Shown here one piece after another: positions 38,272 through 48,566 of a stretch of 64,000 nt of DNA. Each line of letters starts with the position of its first letter. Positions within the stretch are counted from its first letter, which is position 1. The notes under the pieces were generated by a model. It saw only the letters and a program-made list of their open reading frames with translations. It ran no database searches and was not told the origin of the DNA. Source of the DNA: a virus (taxonomy: Duplodnaviria; Caudoviricetes); IMG/VR virus record IMGVR_UViG_3300023210_000001, positions 1,206 to 65,205 of that record. One strand, written 5' to 3'. Both the position numbers and the translations under genes were made by a program.

Positions 38272-38703
38272 CTAGTCAGGAATCAGTTCCAATTGTATCG
38301 AGAAGGCAGAAGCAAATCTTCCGCTCTCGGTTCGTTCGATCAGGTCTGGAGCCGCCAACGAACGGGTTTTCAAAATCACGAACGACTCTCCCGAATCGCT
38401 CGTCGCAACAAATCTTTTTTTGTTCAAAAGATGATCAAATGTCGGCGACAATGCAGACACCGCATCGAGTCTTTTCTTTCTCGTGGTCAAGATCCGGACG
38501 GTCCAGTTCAGATGAAGATGTTGGAACTCCGTCATGTGGTCCGCTCCTTCGTCAAATATCACGAACTGGTCAAGTATCACATCCGGATCGTCGACGAAAT
38601 TCTCGGCGAAGAGGTTCGTCCCCTTCGTCAAGCCGAGCGATGAGACGCTGGCGAGGTAGTTCGCCAGAGCGTCGAGAAATCCTGTCGTCGTTTGATTCGT
38701 CAT
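38272..38703 (-). CDS. tail terminator-like protein
   Basis: LANYL..LGL..GTNLF; position. Confidence 0.6.
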   Translation of the reverse strand: MTNQTTTGFLDALANYLASVSSLGLTKGTNLFAENFVDDPDVILDQFVIFDEGADHMTEFQHLHLNWTVRILTTRKKRLDAVSALSPTFDHLLNKKRFVATSDSGESFVILKTRSLAAPDLIERTESGRFASAFSIQLELIPD

Positions 38704-39323
38704 TAATTCCCTTGTTGAAGCCGGATTTGTCGAACCCACGCTTCCCCCATTTTACGGAGAAACCTCTTCGGATTTCGAGCCATCTTTCTGATTGTACCGG
38801 AAAAGTATCTGTTCGGTCCACGCTTGCTTCCGTAGGACTTCATTTTCGGAGCCTTGACCGATTTGGCAAATATGAAATCTCGACCCGCCACCGCTCCTCC
38901 CGAGTTCCTGGATTGAGACAATCCTCGTCGACTGCCTTTCTGCGGTCCGGTTCTCTTGCCTAGTCTCGTGATCGGGATGTAAAGGGCTTTCGCTTTTTTC
39001 GGACGAATGATTCGCTCTCGGAATCCTCGATCCATGACTTCGGCATAAACTCGATTGAAGCCAAAGATGTACATCCCTCGCTTTTTGTCGATTCTCTTTC
39101 GGATCACTTTTTCGGAATCTCTGAGTTCGCCGAAGTCGACGGGAGCCTTCAACTTCGATTCCGTGACGATCATCGTTGCACCGAAATGAAGCAACTTGTC
39201 CGTCGTCGTTCTGGTCGGTAGCATTTTGTTCAGTTTTTTCACCAAACGATCGATGTCTTGCGATCTGAAGCCGATTTCACTCAATTGATGAATCCCTGAC
39301 CAGTGTACAGTCGTAACCGACAA
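38703..39323 (-). CDS. HK97 gp10-like neck/tail-completion protein
   Basis: APVDFGELRDS, YAEVMD.G, IRPKKAKAL; start uncertain. Confidence 0.7.
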   Translation of the reverse strand: MSVTTVHWSGIHQLSEIGFRSQDIDRLVKKLNKMLPTRTTTDKLLHFGATMIVTESKLKAPVDFGELRDSEKVIRKRIDKKRGMYIFGFNRVYAEVMDRGFRERIIRPKKAKALYIPITRLGKRTGPQKGSRRGLSQSRNSGGAVAGRDFIFAKSVKAPKMKSYGSKRGPNRYFSGTIRKMARNPKRFLRKMGEAWVRQIRLQQGN

Positions 39324-39606
39324 GCGATCCGGCGGAACTGTAAATCTCGCCGACCGCTTCGATTCTGTATCTCTTCATCTTGTTGCTCTGTAATTCGATG
39401 ACATCTCCTTCTTTGATTTTCCAGTTTTTCTCGAATCTCGCCGATCCGTCACTGACCGCTTCCATTCCTTCGGCGGTGATGACGATCGAGCGATTGAATC
39501 GGAGCCATGCCGGAATTCTCGATTCGACGAGTTCTGCCGTGAAATCGCTTCCGAGTCCGCTCGGATCACCATCTCGGAAAAGTTTCACCGTTGCGTTCGT
39601 TCTCAT
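39277..39606 (-). CDS. putative head-closure protein
   Basis: About 110-aa beta protein between the connector and gp10-like genes; ATGA overlap. Confidence 0.55.
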   Translation of the reverse strand: MRTNATVKLFRDGDPSGLGSDFTAELVESRIPAWLRFNRSIVITAEGMEAVSDGSARFEKNWKIKEGDVIELQSNKMKRYRIEAVGEIYSSAGSLVGYDCTLVRDSSIE

Positions 39607-40865
39607 TCGAGACCCTCCAACAAATCCGCCCCTGTTTGAGACGATGGACCGGGAAGATTCATCCCGCCTAAATTCGTGCCGTCGTTGACCCTGTACAGCC
39701 GTTTCTTTCGACCCTTCAACGCTCGCAGGACTTCCGGGTCGGCCATTTTCGAACCGCTGTACGATCGAATCTGCGGATTCTGACGAGCCGCCCAACCGAT
39801 CCCGCCTCGCTTGTTGAAATATCGTTGAGCCTCCGTGAAGTTCGTTCCCTCCAAAGCCTTCGGAAGTCCTCCCCGTAGCGTTCTCGTCCCTTTCTTGTCT
39901 CCGTTCTTCATCGAATCCTTGACTGCGGCTTCGGATTCGACTGCTGGAATGAACGGCATCGTCGAGTGCGTACAGTACGGATGAAACGGAGGACCACCAT
40001 TCGGCGTATTTGAGAGAAGCGGGAAACCTGTTTTCTGGGCGGTGTCCGGATCGAGAGCGAAGACTCGACCCGCAAACAACGAACAGACGCACGGAGTCAA
40101 CGGAGGATTCGGCGTGATCCGAACGAGCGTCACGCCCATCTCTCTGGTTCGATTATTTCTCGCCGTCGTCCGTATCTGGTTTTCCGTCGTCGTCGCCGTC
40201 ATCTGGACATGATCGAAGATGTGCATTCTCCTCGGTCCGTTCTTCGTGACGACCGTCAAATACGGAGCCTCGATCAAGGATCGAGCGGCTTGTCCGCCTC
40301 TCCACGAATCCAATCCCATGAACGACTTCGGAGGTTTCCCCTTCGCAAGCATAGCATCGAGGATTTCGTTTCTTGCGGCTCCGGAACCTTCACCCATGAA
40401 AACATTCATTGCGACATTTTCTCGGATCAAACGATTTTGTCGGAGGAGAAGTTTGTTCTGTGCGACATAAGTTTCGATGGATTGTCCGAGTTGTTTCGAA
40501 ACACGCTTCAGTCTCGGCGTTATTCCGTTCGTCGGATCGTTCAACAGAAGAGCGATCTCTTCCTCGTGAACTACGGCCCAGTCCCGAGCGGCGTTGAGTT
40601 GCGATCTCGAAAACCCTTTTGCTCGAAGGAAATCGTTGACGAACTTCACATTCTTGTCGTAAGCCTTGCGGACTAATTGGTTCGCCCAGAGTTCGGAAGC
40701 CTTGTCGAGTTCGACGATGATTCTCCTCGCCTCCGCCAACAAGACAAGATGTCTCGGGGAAGCGGGAACGCCGAAAACATTGACCTCGACGGATCGAGCG
40801 AGTTTTTCCATCGCTTCTTTGTAGAACTCCAGCAGCACTTTGTCCGGGTTTCTCGGTCTTGCCAT
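39603..40865 (-). CDS. minor capsid / head morphogenesis (MuF/gp7-like) protein
   Basis: C.C..F.GRVF, GGPPFHPYCTH. Confidence 0.75.
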   Translation of the reverse strand: MARPRNPDKVLLEFYKEAMEKLARSVEVNVFGVPASPRHLVLLAEARRIIVELDKASELWANQLVRKAYDKNVKFVNDFLRAKGFSRSQLNAARDWAVVHEEEIALLLNDPTNGITPRLKRVSKQLGQSIETYVAQNKLLLRQNRLIRENVAMNVFMGEGSGAARNEILDAMLAKGKPPKSFMGLDSWRGGQAARSLIEAPYLTVVTKNGPRRMHIFDHVQMTATTTENQIRTTARNNRTREMGVTLVRITPNPPLTPCVCSLFAGRVFALDPDTAQKTGFPLLSNTPNGGPPFHPYCTHSTMPFIPAVESEAAVKDSMKNGDKKGTRTLRGGLPKALEGTNFTEAQRYFNKRGGIGWAARQNPQIRSYSGSKMADPEVLRALKGRKKRLYRVNDGTNLGGMNLPGPSSQTGADLLEGLE

Positions 40866-41308
40866 TACGATCGACCGATCCTTCCGCCCCTCCAGGAATA
40901 ACGCTCAAGAAGTGCTTTCGCCCTTTGTGGGACTTCGTTGTCCCAGGTTACACTTCCGACGCCTTGAACGGATTCGACTCCGGTTCGTTCGTCTTGATTC
41001 AACGAAAATTTGTCGACCGTCAAAGCCGCCGCAACCTTGAAGTCCTCCGTGAGTTCGTCCAGCGTCGGGACCGATCCAGTCGTGTATGCTCGTTGTTCAA
41101 TTCGAAAGCGTTGTTGAAGCATTCTCTGGATCGGTTTCAGCCAGATTCTTTCTAATTTCTCATCCGGTAAAGATTGAAGAGATTCGGATGTCGACAACAC
41201 CCGGAACTCGGCCACCGACAGCGGCGTCCAGGCGACGAACGATTCGAAACGACTGGAGGATCCGTTTCCGTATCGCCCCAAAAGCAATTCATGCCAAGAT
41301 TCAGCCAT
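40865..41308 (-). CDS. putative head-tail connector
   Basis: Helical; ESV..GSV..., VP.RAKALLERY. Confidence 0.55.
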   Translation of the reverse strand: MAESWHELLLGRYGNGSSSRFESFVAWTPLSVAEFRVLSTSESLQSLPDEKLERIWLKPIQRMLQQRFRIEQRAYTTGSVPTLDELTEDFKVAAALTVDKFSLNQDERTGVESVQGVGSVTWDNEVPQRAKALLERYSWRGGRIGRS

Positions 41309-41661
41309 TACGAAACCGTCCTAATCTGAATTGATTGTTTCACTTTTCGAGTCTGACTGTCGCCGAGAACGAGCGACCAGATCATATAATATTGACCAGC
41401 GACCAGGGAAGTCGTGTCGGACGCATTCATCGTCACGCTGGTTCTCTTCGAGGATCTGATCCCGGTCGTGACGGACACGGTGAGATCGGTCAACGCCACC
41501 GAAGCCGCCGATCCGGTTGAATCAAAGAGGGTCGCCGTCCCCGAAGAGATCGTGAATGCCTGAGCGTTCACCTCGTCGAAATCAGCCGACACCACGACGG
41601 TCGTTCCCGAGGTCAACATCAGGCTCCCTTTGATCGTCGCATCGTAAAGCATCACGCTCAT
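41308..41661 (-). CDS. small Ig-like virion protein
   Basis: DT..L.AG.Y pattern resembling BppU N-terminal domains. Confidence 0.45.
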   Translation of the reverse strand: MSVMLYDATIKGSLMLTSGTTVVVSADFDEVNAQAFTISSGTATLFDSTGSAASVALTDLTVSVTTGIRSSKRTSVTMNASDTTSLVAGQYYMIWSLVLGDSQTRKVKQSIQIRTVS

Positions 41662-44621
41662 CGTTTCTCCTTCAATAATCCTTCGAGAGAAATCGTCGCA
41701 GGTTTCCCTCTTACCGATGTTATCGCAGAACGCCCCTCAAGAGCAATCGTCATTGTCGAACCGGCGAGCAACACATCCGCCGTTGCAGACACGAGGTGCG
41801 TTTGATCGGAGACCTCGCCGATTTCGACAATCTCCGATGATTTTACCGGAGAAACGAATCTTGACTCTGCGACCGAAATTCCCTCTTGCGAGAGTTCGAG
41901 ATATCCGGAAAGAGTTATCCCGGCTTCCGAAATGGTCAAGATCTCGGTCGTCGTCGTGGTGCAACCTTTTGAGATTTGCTCTCCGACGGAAACCGTCTCC
42001 CCTTCGAGTATCGTTGACGACTGCTCCCTGGATTCGACTTCCGTGATCGTCAACGATTCCGACCCGGATACCGAAGCGTTCCAGTCGAGGGCGAACGACT
42101 CCCCGGTGGTGATCGTCTCCGTGGCGATCTTCTTGGCAGAGATCAGCGTTGTTTCTCCGAGCGTCACCGATTCGGCGACCTCTTCGACTGATCCTTCGAT
42201 AGCGATCTCTTCTGAGGCATTCTCCGAGACCGTGACGCTCTCCGTTACGGATTGCGTGTACCCGACAGAGGTCGTTGAGGTCTCTCCGATGGTCAGCGAT
42301 TCTTCCGCCGTTGCCTCCGTCGCCGTGAGTTCCGCTACGATCTGTTCGGTCGTCGTTACCGTTTCCGCCGAAACTATCTCCGCCGTGAAGGTCGTTTCGG
42401 ATTGTTCTCCGAGGAACACCGATTCGGCGACCTCTTCGACCGCTCCTTCGATGACGATCTCTTCGGCGACATTCTCCGAGACGGTGACTGTCTCCGTCTG
42501 GAGGATCAGTTTTGAAATGTCGATGATCGGCGATTCGGAAACCGCTACGGTCTCGACGACTTGTTCAACGGCGAACTCGGCGATCATTTGCTCTTCGGTG
42601 AGCGTCTCGGTCGCAGTCACCGTTTCCGTTGCAACCTTCTCGGCTGTCACCGTGAGAGAATCGACCTCGGTCGCTGTGACCGTCTCCGTGTCTGAGATCT
42701 CGGCTGTCACCGTGAGGGAATCGGCCTCCGTCGCCGTGACTGTCTCCGTGACTGCGGCCTCGGTCGCAAACACGAGGGAATCGACCTCCGTTGCGGTGAC
42801 CGTTTCCGTGTCTGAGATCTCGGCCGTCACCGTGAGAGAATCGACCTCGGTCGCTGTGACCGTCTCCGTGTCTGAGATCTCGGCTGTCACCGTGAGGGAA
42901 TCAGCCTCCGTCGCCGTGACTGTCTCCGTGACTGCGGCCTCGGTCGCAAATACGAGGGAATCGACCTCGGTCGCTGTGACTGTCTCGGTGATCTGTTCGA
43001 CGGCGAACTCGGCGATCATTTGCTCTTCGGTGAGCGTCTCCGTCGCAGTCACCGTTTCCGTTGCAACCTTCTCGGCTGTCACCGTGAGGGAATCGACCTC
43101 GGTCGCTGTGATCGTCTCGGTGGATGAGATCTCGGCTGTCACCGTGAGGGAATCGACCTCGGTCGCAGTGACTGTCTCCGTGACTGCGGCCTCGGTCGCA
43201 AATACGAGGGAATCGACCTCGGTCGCTGTGACTGTCTCGGTGGATGAGATCTCGGCTGTCACCGTGAGGGAATCGGCCTCCGTCGCCGTGACTGTCTCCG
43301 TGACTGCGGTCTCTGTCGTAAATGCGAGGGAATCGACCTCGGTCGCCGTGACTGTCTCCGTGGCTGCGGTCTCTGTCGTAAATGCGAGGGTATCGACCTC
43401 GGTCGCCGTGACTGTCTCCGTGTCTGAGATCTCCGATGTCACTGCGAGAGAATCGACCTCCGTCGCCGTGACTGTCTCGGTGATCTGTTCGACGGCGAAC
43501 TCGGCGATCATTTGCTCTTCGGTGAGCGTCTCCGTCGCCGTGACCGTCTCCGTGTCTGAGATCTCGGCTGTCACCGTGAGGGAATCGACCTCGGTCGCCG
43601 TGACCGTCTCCGTGTCTGAGATCTCGGCTGTCACCGTGAGGGAATCAGCCTCCGTCGCCGTGACTGTCTCCGTGGCTGCGGTCTCTGTCGCAAATGAGAG
43701 AGCATCGACCTCGGTCGCCGTGACCGTCTCCGTGTCTGAGATCTCGGCTGTCACCGTGAGGGTATCGACCTCCGTCGCTGTGATCGTCTCGGCGATCTGT
43801 TCGACGGCGAACTCGGCGATCATTTGCTCTTCGGTGAGAGCCTCCGTTGCGGTGATCGTCTCCGTTGCGGTGATCTCCGTCGCCGCTGCGAGGGAACCGA
43901 CCTCCGTCGCCGTGACCGTCTCCGTCGCCGTCTGTGAGTGAGCCGTTCCTGCGGCACTCGCCGCCCGGAATGCTATATGCCACGAAACCCAATCTCGCCC
44001 ACCAGGAGCATTACAAGACAGACCAGTCGCAATCGTTGTGCCTGTGTCGAGATCCTGCATCATTCCGATGGTGCCCTGGCCGCCCGTACCTGAGAGTTGT
44101 GCATCGATTGAGAAGCCTGTTGGTGATGGATTCGTGAATGTCGTATCTCTCGACCAGCCGACAAAGCCAACTTGTATAAAGTTGCCGCTGCCAGTCGGAG
44201 CCGCAACGAGGGACCATGCAACATTGCCGTTTCCTGTGTTGCCGCCACCTGTTAAAACATCAGCCGCTCCTCTGTACACGCTCACCGTGCATTTCTGTCC
44301 AGACCCTCCGTAACCAGTTCCGGTTGTTATCCTGTCTTCCGAGTTCGTCCCATGAGTTGCAGTAGTCCATTTTCCCCACCACACAGACAGCATCGCATTG
44401 CCATTTGTGCTGTAGTCCAGAAGTGACAGTGCGTGAGATGAAGTGTTGGCTGAATTCCTGAACCTCGGAGCCTCGCCAGCGACATCAGGGATATTGTCAG
44501 CATCCTTGCCGCCCATGACACCAACCAAAACGATGTCGCCATCTGCGAACGCCGTACCCGGAACAATGACCGCACCATCCGGGTTGCCGATTGTGGTGAT
44601 ATACGGATTGGTAATCGCCAT
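41658..44621 (-). CDS. Thr/Glu-rich repeat virion protein
   Basis: 987 aa with tandem TETVTATE-containing units. Confidence 0.8.
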   Translation of the reverse strand: MAITNPYITTIGNPDGAVIVPGTAFADGDIVLVGVMGGKDADNIPDVAGEAPRFRNSANTSSHALSLLDYSTNGNAMLSVWWGKWTTATHGTNSEDRITTGTGYGGSGQKCTVSVYRGAADVLTGGGNTGNGNVAWSLVAAPTGSGNFIQVGFVGWSRDTTFTNPSPTGFSIDAQLSGTGGQGTIGMMQDLDTGTTIATGLSCNAPGGRDWVSWHIAFRAASAAGTAHSQTATETVTATEVGSLAAATEITATETITATEALTEEQMIAEFAVEQIAETITATEVDTLTVTAEISDTETVTATEVDALSFATETAATETVTATEADSLTVTAEISDTETVTATEVDSLTVTAEISDTETVTATETLTEEQMIAEFAVEQITETVTATEVDSLAVTSEISDTETVTATEVDTLAFTTETAATETVTATEVDSLAFTTETAVTETVTATEADSLTVTAEISSTETVTATEVDSLVFATEAAVTETVTATEVDSLTVTAEISSTETITATEVDSLTVTAEKVATETVTATETLTEEQMIAEFAVEQITETVTATEVDSLVFATEAAVTETVTATEADSLTVTAEISDTETVTATEVDSLTVTAEISDTETVTATEVDSLVFATEAAVTETVTATEADSLTVTAEISDTETVTATEVDSLTVTAEKVATETVTATETLTEEQMIAEFAVEQVVETVAVSESPIIDISKLILQTETVTVSENVAEEIVIEGAVEEVAESVFLGEQSETTFTAEIVSAETVTTTEQIVAELTATEATAEESLTIGETSTTSVGYTQSVTESVTVSENASEEIAIEGSVEEVAESVTLGETTLISAKKIATETITTGESFALDWNASVSGSESLTITEVESREQSSTILEGETVSVGEQISKGCTTTTTEILTISEAGITLSGYLELSQEGISVAESRFVSPVKSSEIVEIGEVSDQTHLVSATADVLLAGSTMTIALEGRSAITSVRGKPATISLEGLLKEKR
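42560..43935 (-). repeat. coding tandem repeat (mostly 60-bp units plus a longer variant)
   Basis: TETVTATEVDSLTVTAEISD and TETVTATETLTEEQMIAEFAVEQI units. Confidence 0.9.
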
Positions 44622-45802
44622 CAGGCTTCGGTGTATTCTATTTTGATATAGACCTTGCCGGGTGCATCCATGTCTTCAACTACAAACTGGACGACATCGC
44701 CAGCAGGGACCAGCAATCCTTGCCCTGCGAAAGTCTCGATATCGAACACCGAAGATCTGGTATCTGTCATGGATGGCGGGCTTGCAGGATTATATCCATA
44801 CAATGCCGTCGTCTTGGTTCCGCTCTCGAACTTCCTCACGGTGTGTGTGCCCTTGGCGTCTCTTGGATCGGTTGTCACATATGGATGGCCAGTGGTTCCG
44901 TCAGCATTCAGAAGTGAAGAATTCGTTCCCCATTTGTGGGCTAGATATCCTTCGATTTCCTGACGCTGAGTCGCTCCCATTACATCGATGGACTCGTTGT
45001 AGACCAGAAGTTCTCTGATCCAGAAGGTAGCCGATCCAGCAGTGCCGCCTGTGGTCTCTGACTTGTTCAGGAAGTCGAAGTTGAAAGCATGGGTGAATGT
45101 CGAGGTATCGTTGAGGACTTCTTCTCCATTCATGAAATCCCACACTTCTTTGCTCGCACTGTGCGACAACATTCTGACGCAATCGTTGCTCATCAGGCTG
45201 CCTGACCAGAGTTCCTCATTTCCACCAGCGTCGATAACTGCACACTTATTGTTCTCGATTCCCCAGATGGATACGAGATCAGACCTTGACGCATTGGTTC
45301 CGCCGAATAGGTGACCTTCACGGCTAGAGTTTTTCGTGACAGTTTCCAGTGCTACAAAAATAGTCCATTGATCCGTTGCACCGAAATGAAAGTATGCCGA
45401 TGGCAAATCGACGAACTCTCCAGGAGCGACGACGATGGCTGGACCGCCAGCCGCACCGCCCATAGGGATCCGATAGTACGATGGACGATCCGCACTGGTT
45501 GCCTGACCAACCGTTCTCCTTGGGTCATACCAGGACTTCCAAGTCGTGACATCGCTGCCCGTAGTGACATTGCCGAATGTCTCATTCTTGTCTGCGAGAA
45601 GTGCAAAGGTGAGGGATTCGCCGAAGACATCCGTCTTCAACTGATCGACAGTCATGTTTAACTTTAAAGGAGAGTTGTTCTCTTTCAGCACATACACATT
45701 GTTGATCTTGTGAGCAGTTGATGAGACATAGGCGGTTGTCGCCGGGTAGCCGTTGACAGGCTTGGCGACTTCCGTATCAAAGGACAGTGTTCTGAACGCC
45801 AT
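44621..45802 (-). CDS. LamG/ConA-like lectin-domain virion protein
   Basis: QAT...RPSY, WTIFV, I.ELLVY, RQEIEGYLAHKWG. Confidence 0.65.
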   Translation of the reverse strand: MAFRTLSFDTEVAKPVNGYPATTAYVSSTAHKINNVYVLKENNSPLKLNMTVDQLKTDVFGESLTFALLADKNETFGNVTTGSDVTTWKSWYDPRRTVGQATSADRPSYYRIPMGGAAGGPAIVVAPGEFVDLPSAYFHFGATDQWTIFVALETVTKNSSREGHLFGGTNASRSDLVSIWGIENNKCAVIDAGGNEELWSGSLMSNDCVRMLSHSASKEVWDFMNGEEVLNDTSTFTHAFNFDFLNKSETTGGTAGSATFWIRELLVYNESIDVMGATQRQEIEGYLAHKWGTNSSLLNADGTTGHPYVTTDPRDAKGTHTVRKFESGTKTTALYGYNPASPPSMTDTRSSVFDIETFAGQGLLVPAGDVVQFVVEDMDAPGKVYIKIEYTEA

Positions 45803-45896
45803 GTTGTACTACCTTTTCGACAAAGTAACGGTCCCCGGACAGAAGCCCACCAAAGTCCGAGGACCGTTGAAGAAGGTCGATGCTAAGGTAGCATTT

Positions 45897-46595
45897 CTAC
45901 GCAAATGTCCATTCGAACTGGACCGCAAGAGTGTCGTTCGTTCCCTTGTTGATCGCCGTGAAAGTGATGCGGCTGATCGCATCTCCCGCCGCCAGAGCCG
46001 AAACCATGACTGCTTCGGTGATCGCTTGACTTTGCACCGCAGCGGTTCCGAATGTCGTTTTCCATGTCACGACGGATCCAGACCTCGATGGATAATTTAA
46101 GTCGAAATCAATGTTCGGAGTCGTCCCGGTGCAAACCGTTTGGATATCGGTGTTGCCGACTGCCGGAGCCGTCGTTCCCGTTCCGACTGTGATCCCGGTC
46201 GGGTTCTTCGGTGCGGTGGTCGCAAGCACATCGGCCATTCGTGCGGCCACTGTCGCCGTGCCATTCGTCAGAACGAGGTTCGGTTGGTTACGGATCTCGA
46301 CAAGGTTCGCCGGACGAACCCACAATCCGAGATATTGAACGAACCCTGCTTCGATATTTTCGGCTTGGTAACGGAAGCCCTGTCCGATCTCCTTGAAGAT
46401 CGAGCCGACTGCGACTGTTCCCATGTCCAACAGTTCGGAGAGCGTGTGCGTCGATCCGTTGTCAGCGGTGAACAGCCGATCTTCGCCTTCGTACATTTCG
46501 ACGGTCGCTCGACCTCTGATCCCGAGACTGTCCCGTGATGGACCCTTGCCGAAAATCACGCTGCTGTTTTCTGAAGTTCCCAATGCGTCACTCAT
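45897..46595 (-). CDS. putative virion fibre/collar structural protein
   Basis: NLVLTNG, GITVGTGTTAP..NT, ITEA, INK..NDTL...W. Confidence 0.6.
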   Translation of the reverse strand: MSDALGTSENSSVIFGKGPSRDSLGIRGRATVEMYEGEDRLFTADNGSTHTLSELLDMGTVAVGSIFKEIGQGFRYQAENIEAGFVQYLGLWVRPANLVEIRNQPNLVLTNGTATVAARMADVLATTAPKNPTGITVGTGTTAPAVGNTDIQTVCTGTTPNIDFDLNYPSRSGSVVTWKTTFGTAAVQSQAITEAVMVSALAAGDAISRITFTAINKGTNDTLAVQFEWTFA

Positions 46596-46706
46596 CTTTT
46601 GTTTCCTCTTCTTTTTTCAGATCGACCAACAATTCGGCGGTCCGATCAAGTGCGGCTCGTGCCACTCCCAGGATCGCTTCGATGTCCCCATTATCAGAAT
46701 GTCGCT

Positions 46707-47657
46707 TCAGGTCGTCAACGGTTTTTCGATGTTCTGGAGGAAGTGCTTGTGCCACTTGATCCATTTCTCCGCTTGCCATTGCTCGGAATAATGCTTCGCC
46801 ATCCATCGTCGACTCTCTTTCATTGTGGATTCGAGAAGGACCGGATTCTCGATCAACATTCTCAGGTTTCGGTAAATCTCTTTTTCCCCGGTTTGAATCA
46901 CGGGGAGACAAATATCTTTTCCCATTAACCTCGAAACTGCGTACTGCGTATCGGAGTCGATCCAGGTCAGGACCGCCGCACCGCAGGATAAACTTTCCAA
47001 TGTCGTCGAGTGATACGAACCAGTCGAACATTCGTCGATGACGATGTGGGCACGACGACGAGCCGCCATGATCTGCTCGAACGGCGTATCTTCGAGAAGG
47101 TAGATATTCACCTTCGGCCTCAAAGCCGTATCGTTCAGAATCCTTCGAAACGCCAACATCGTGTCGGGGTACGATTTCCTCGTCCAGCCTTCTTTCGATT
47201 TCGATGTCGGCGTGTAAACGATGTTTATCTTGTCGTCGCTCTTCTCGCCCGGAACGAACCGAGGATCGTCGATCGGAACGGCGTTCGGTAAGACATCGAG
47301 GTTCTCGGCGAATCGAGCCGGAGACTGAGCGACGACCGTCGAACGGGTCGCCAACGGTTCCTGTTCGATCCACCGAAGCGGATCCGTTGAATGATGTCGA
47401 GTCCAAGGTTTCCCGTGAGCGTGTTCTCCGCCCATCTCCGCCGTCAGAATCACGACATCGCACTCCGTCGAAGCGTTCTCGGCTTCCGTCGATCCTTGTC
47501 GGAGGTCCGTCGGATAAGTTCTTCCGCCGTAGGCTCCCGGATCGTACACGACGGATCTCGCCCATCCTCCATCGGCTCGAAGGATCGGATCGCAGACTTG
47601 CGAGACACGCCAGGGCATACCGGACATCGGCGTTTGACTGACAAAGAGCATTTTCAT
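46707..47657 (-). CDS. GT-B fold (GT4-like) glycosyltransferase
   Basis: LPNAV, IVYTPT...K, AHIVIDE...GSY..TTLESLSCGAAVL. Confidence 0.7.
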   Translation of the reverse strand: MKMLFVSQTPMSGMPWRVSQVCDPILRADGGWARSVVYDPGAYGGRTYPTDLRQGSTEAENASTECDVVILTAEMGGEHAHGKPWTRHHSTDPLRWIEQEPLATRSTVVAQSPARFAENLDVLPNAVPIDDPRFVPGEKSDDKINIVYTPTSKSKEGWTRKSYPDTMLAFRRILNDTALRPKVNIYLLEDTPFEQIMAARRRAHIVIDECSTGSYHSTTLESLSCGAAVLTWIDSDTQYAVSRLMGKDICLPVIQTGEKEIYRNLRMLIENPVLLESTMKESRRWMAKHYSEQWQAEKWIKWHKHFLQNIEKPLTT

Positions 47658-47670
47658 TTCGTCAGTTTAT

Positions 47671-47708
47671 AAAAAAAAGGGCTGACTTGCAATGAAGCAA
47701 GCCCGCCC
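47671..47708 (-). terminator. intrinsic terminator just before the GT/tail operon
   Basis: GGGCGGGCTTGC-TTCATT-GCAAGTCAGCCC followed by T8. Confidence 0.8.
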
Positions 47709-47726
47709 AGGAACGAAAGAACTGTC

Positions 47727-47754
47727 AGTATGAACCGGGTCGACCGGAAGTCAA
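47727..47754 (-). promoter_or_regulatory. putative promoter
   Basis: TTGACT-16-CATACT. Confidence 0.55.
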
Positions 47755-47759
47755 GCGGA

Positions 47760-48395
47760 TCAGACCATGGCGATCCGGTTGACGACGGTCTGTTGCACTC
47801 CGTCGAACTCTTTGTGAGCCTTGACGGTGACTCGAATCGTCGCCGTCGAGCCGACCTCGAACGACTCCGGGACTTGTCCGAAACAAGTCATCTCGTCGTC
47901 GCCGACGAGGAACTTCTCGATCGAGAAGAAGTCGCCGTAACGGTTCTTCTTCTCCTCCGAAGCAACATATGTCGCTTCGAGGTTGATCCGCTGACCGATC
48001 TCGGAGATGTGACGGCTCTTCGAGGTCGCCCGGTTCTCGGTTTCGACCTTTTCTCGTTGAGCGTCCTTCGTCGCCTTCTTGACCTTCCAGTCTGCGGCGA
48101 TCTTGCGGAGAGCGGCGATCTGCTTCTCCGTCGGGGTGTACCCGTTGGCGGATCTGGCGAAGTCGATCGAGAGCGGTTCGCCGCCGAATCCCTCGTCACC
48201 CGGCTCGTAGTTCGGGTCGATCGGCTCTTCGTCTCTGATCGTGACGATCTTCTTCACGAAGTCCATCCAGCGGACTCCGTGGATCTCTCTGGCGAGGTTG
48301 ATTCCCTCGACGCTTCTCCAGAAGCGGTTCGCCTTCTTCGAAGAGTTGTGCCGTTTGTTTCTCTCGATCCCTTGCTGGTAGTAAAAGTTCGACAT
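47760..48395 (-). CDS. cassette protein with a C-terminal OB-fold-like domain
   Basis: H..EIG.RI..., TVKAHKEFDGVQQTVVNR; follows cassette 10. Confidence 0.75.
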   Translation of the reverse strand: MSNFYYQQGIERNKRHNSSKKANRFWRSVEGINLAREIHGVRWMDFVKKIVTIRDEEPIDPNYEPGDEGFGGEPLSIDFARSANGYTPTEKQIAALRKIAADWKVKKATKDAQREKVETENRATSKSRHISEIGQRINLEATYVASEEKKNRYGDFFSIEKFLVGDDEMTCFGQVPESFEVGSTATIRVTVKAHKEFDGVQQTVVNRIAMV

Positions 48396-48424
48396 GGTTC
48401 CTTCTTTCGTTTCCGTTTCTCTCC

Positions 48425-48486
48425 GAGGGAAGAACCTTTCCTCCCTCTCATAAAAACAAGTATAGGACAAATCTGAGACAGGTCAA
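48425..48486 (-). promoter_or_regulatory. repeated promoter-hairpin cassette 10
   Basis: TTGACC-16-TATACT plus hairpin. Confidence 0.85.
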
Positions 48487-48566
48487 CCCTATTTCGGTTT
48501 TTCTCGAAAGTATTTCCGGAGTATCTCCGGGGAGGATCGACCCTCCCCGGAAGCACTCTGAGATTT

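Noticed and set aside
41932-43941. 669-aa plus-strand ORF
   Set aside because: Antisense shadow of the Thr-rich repeat gene
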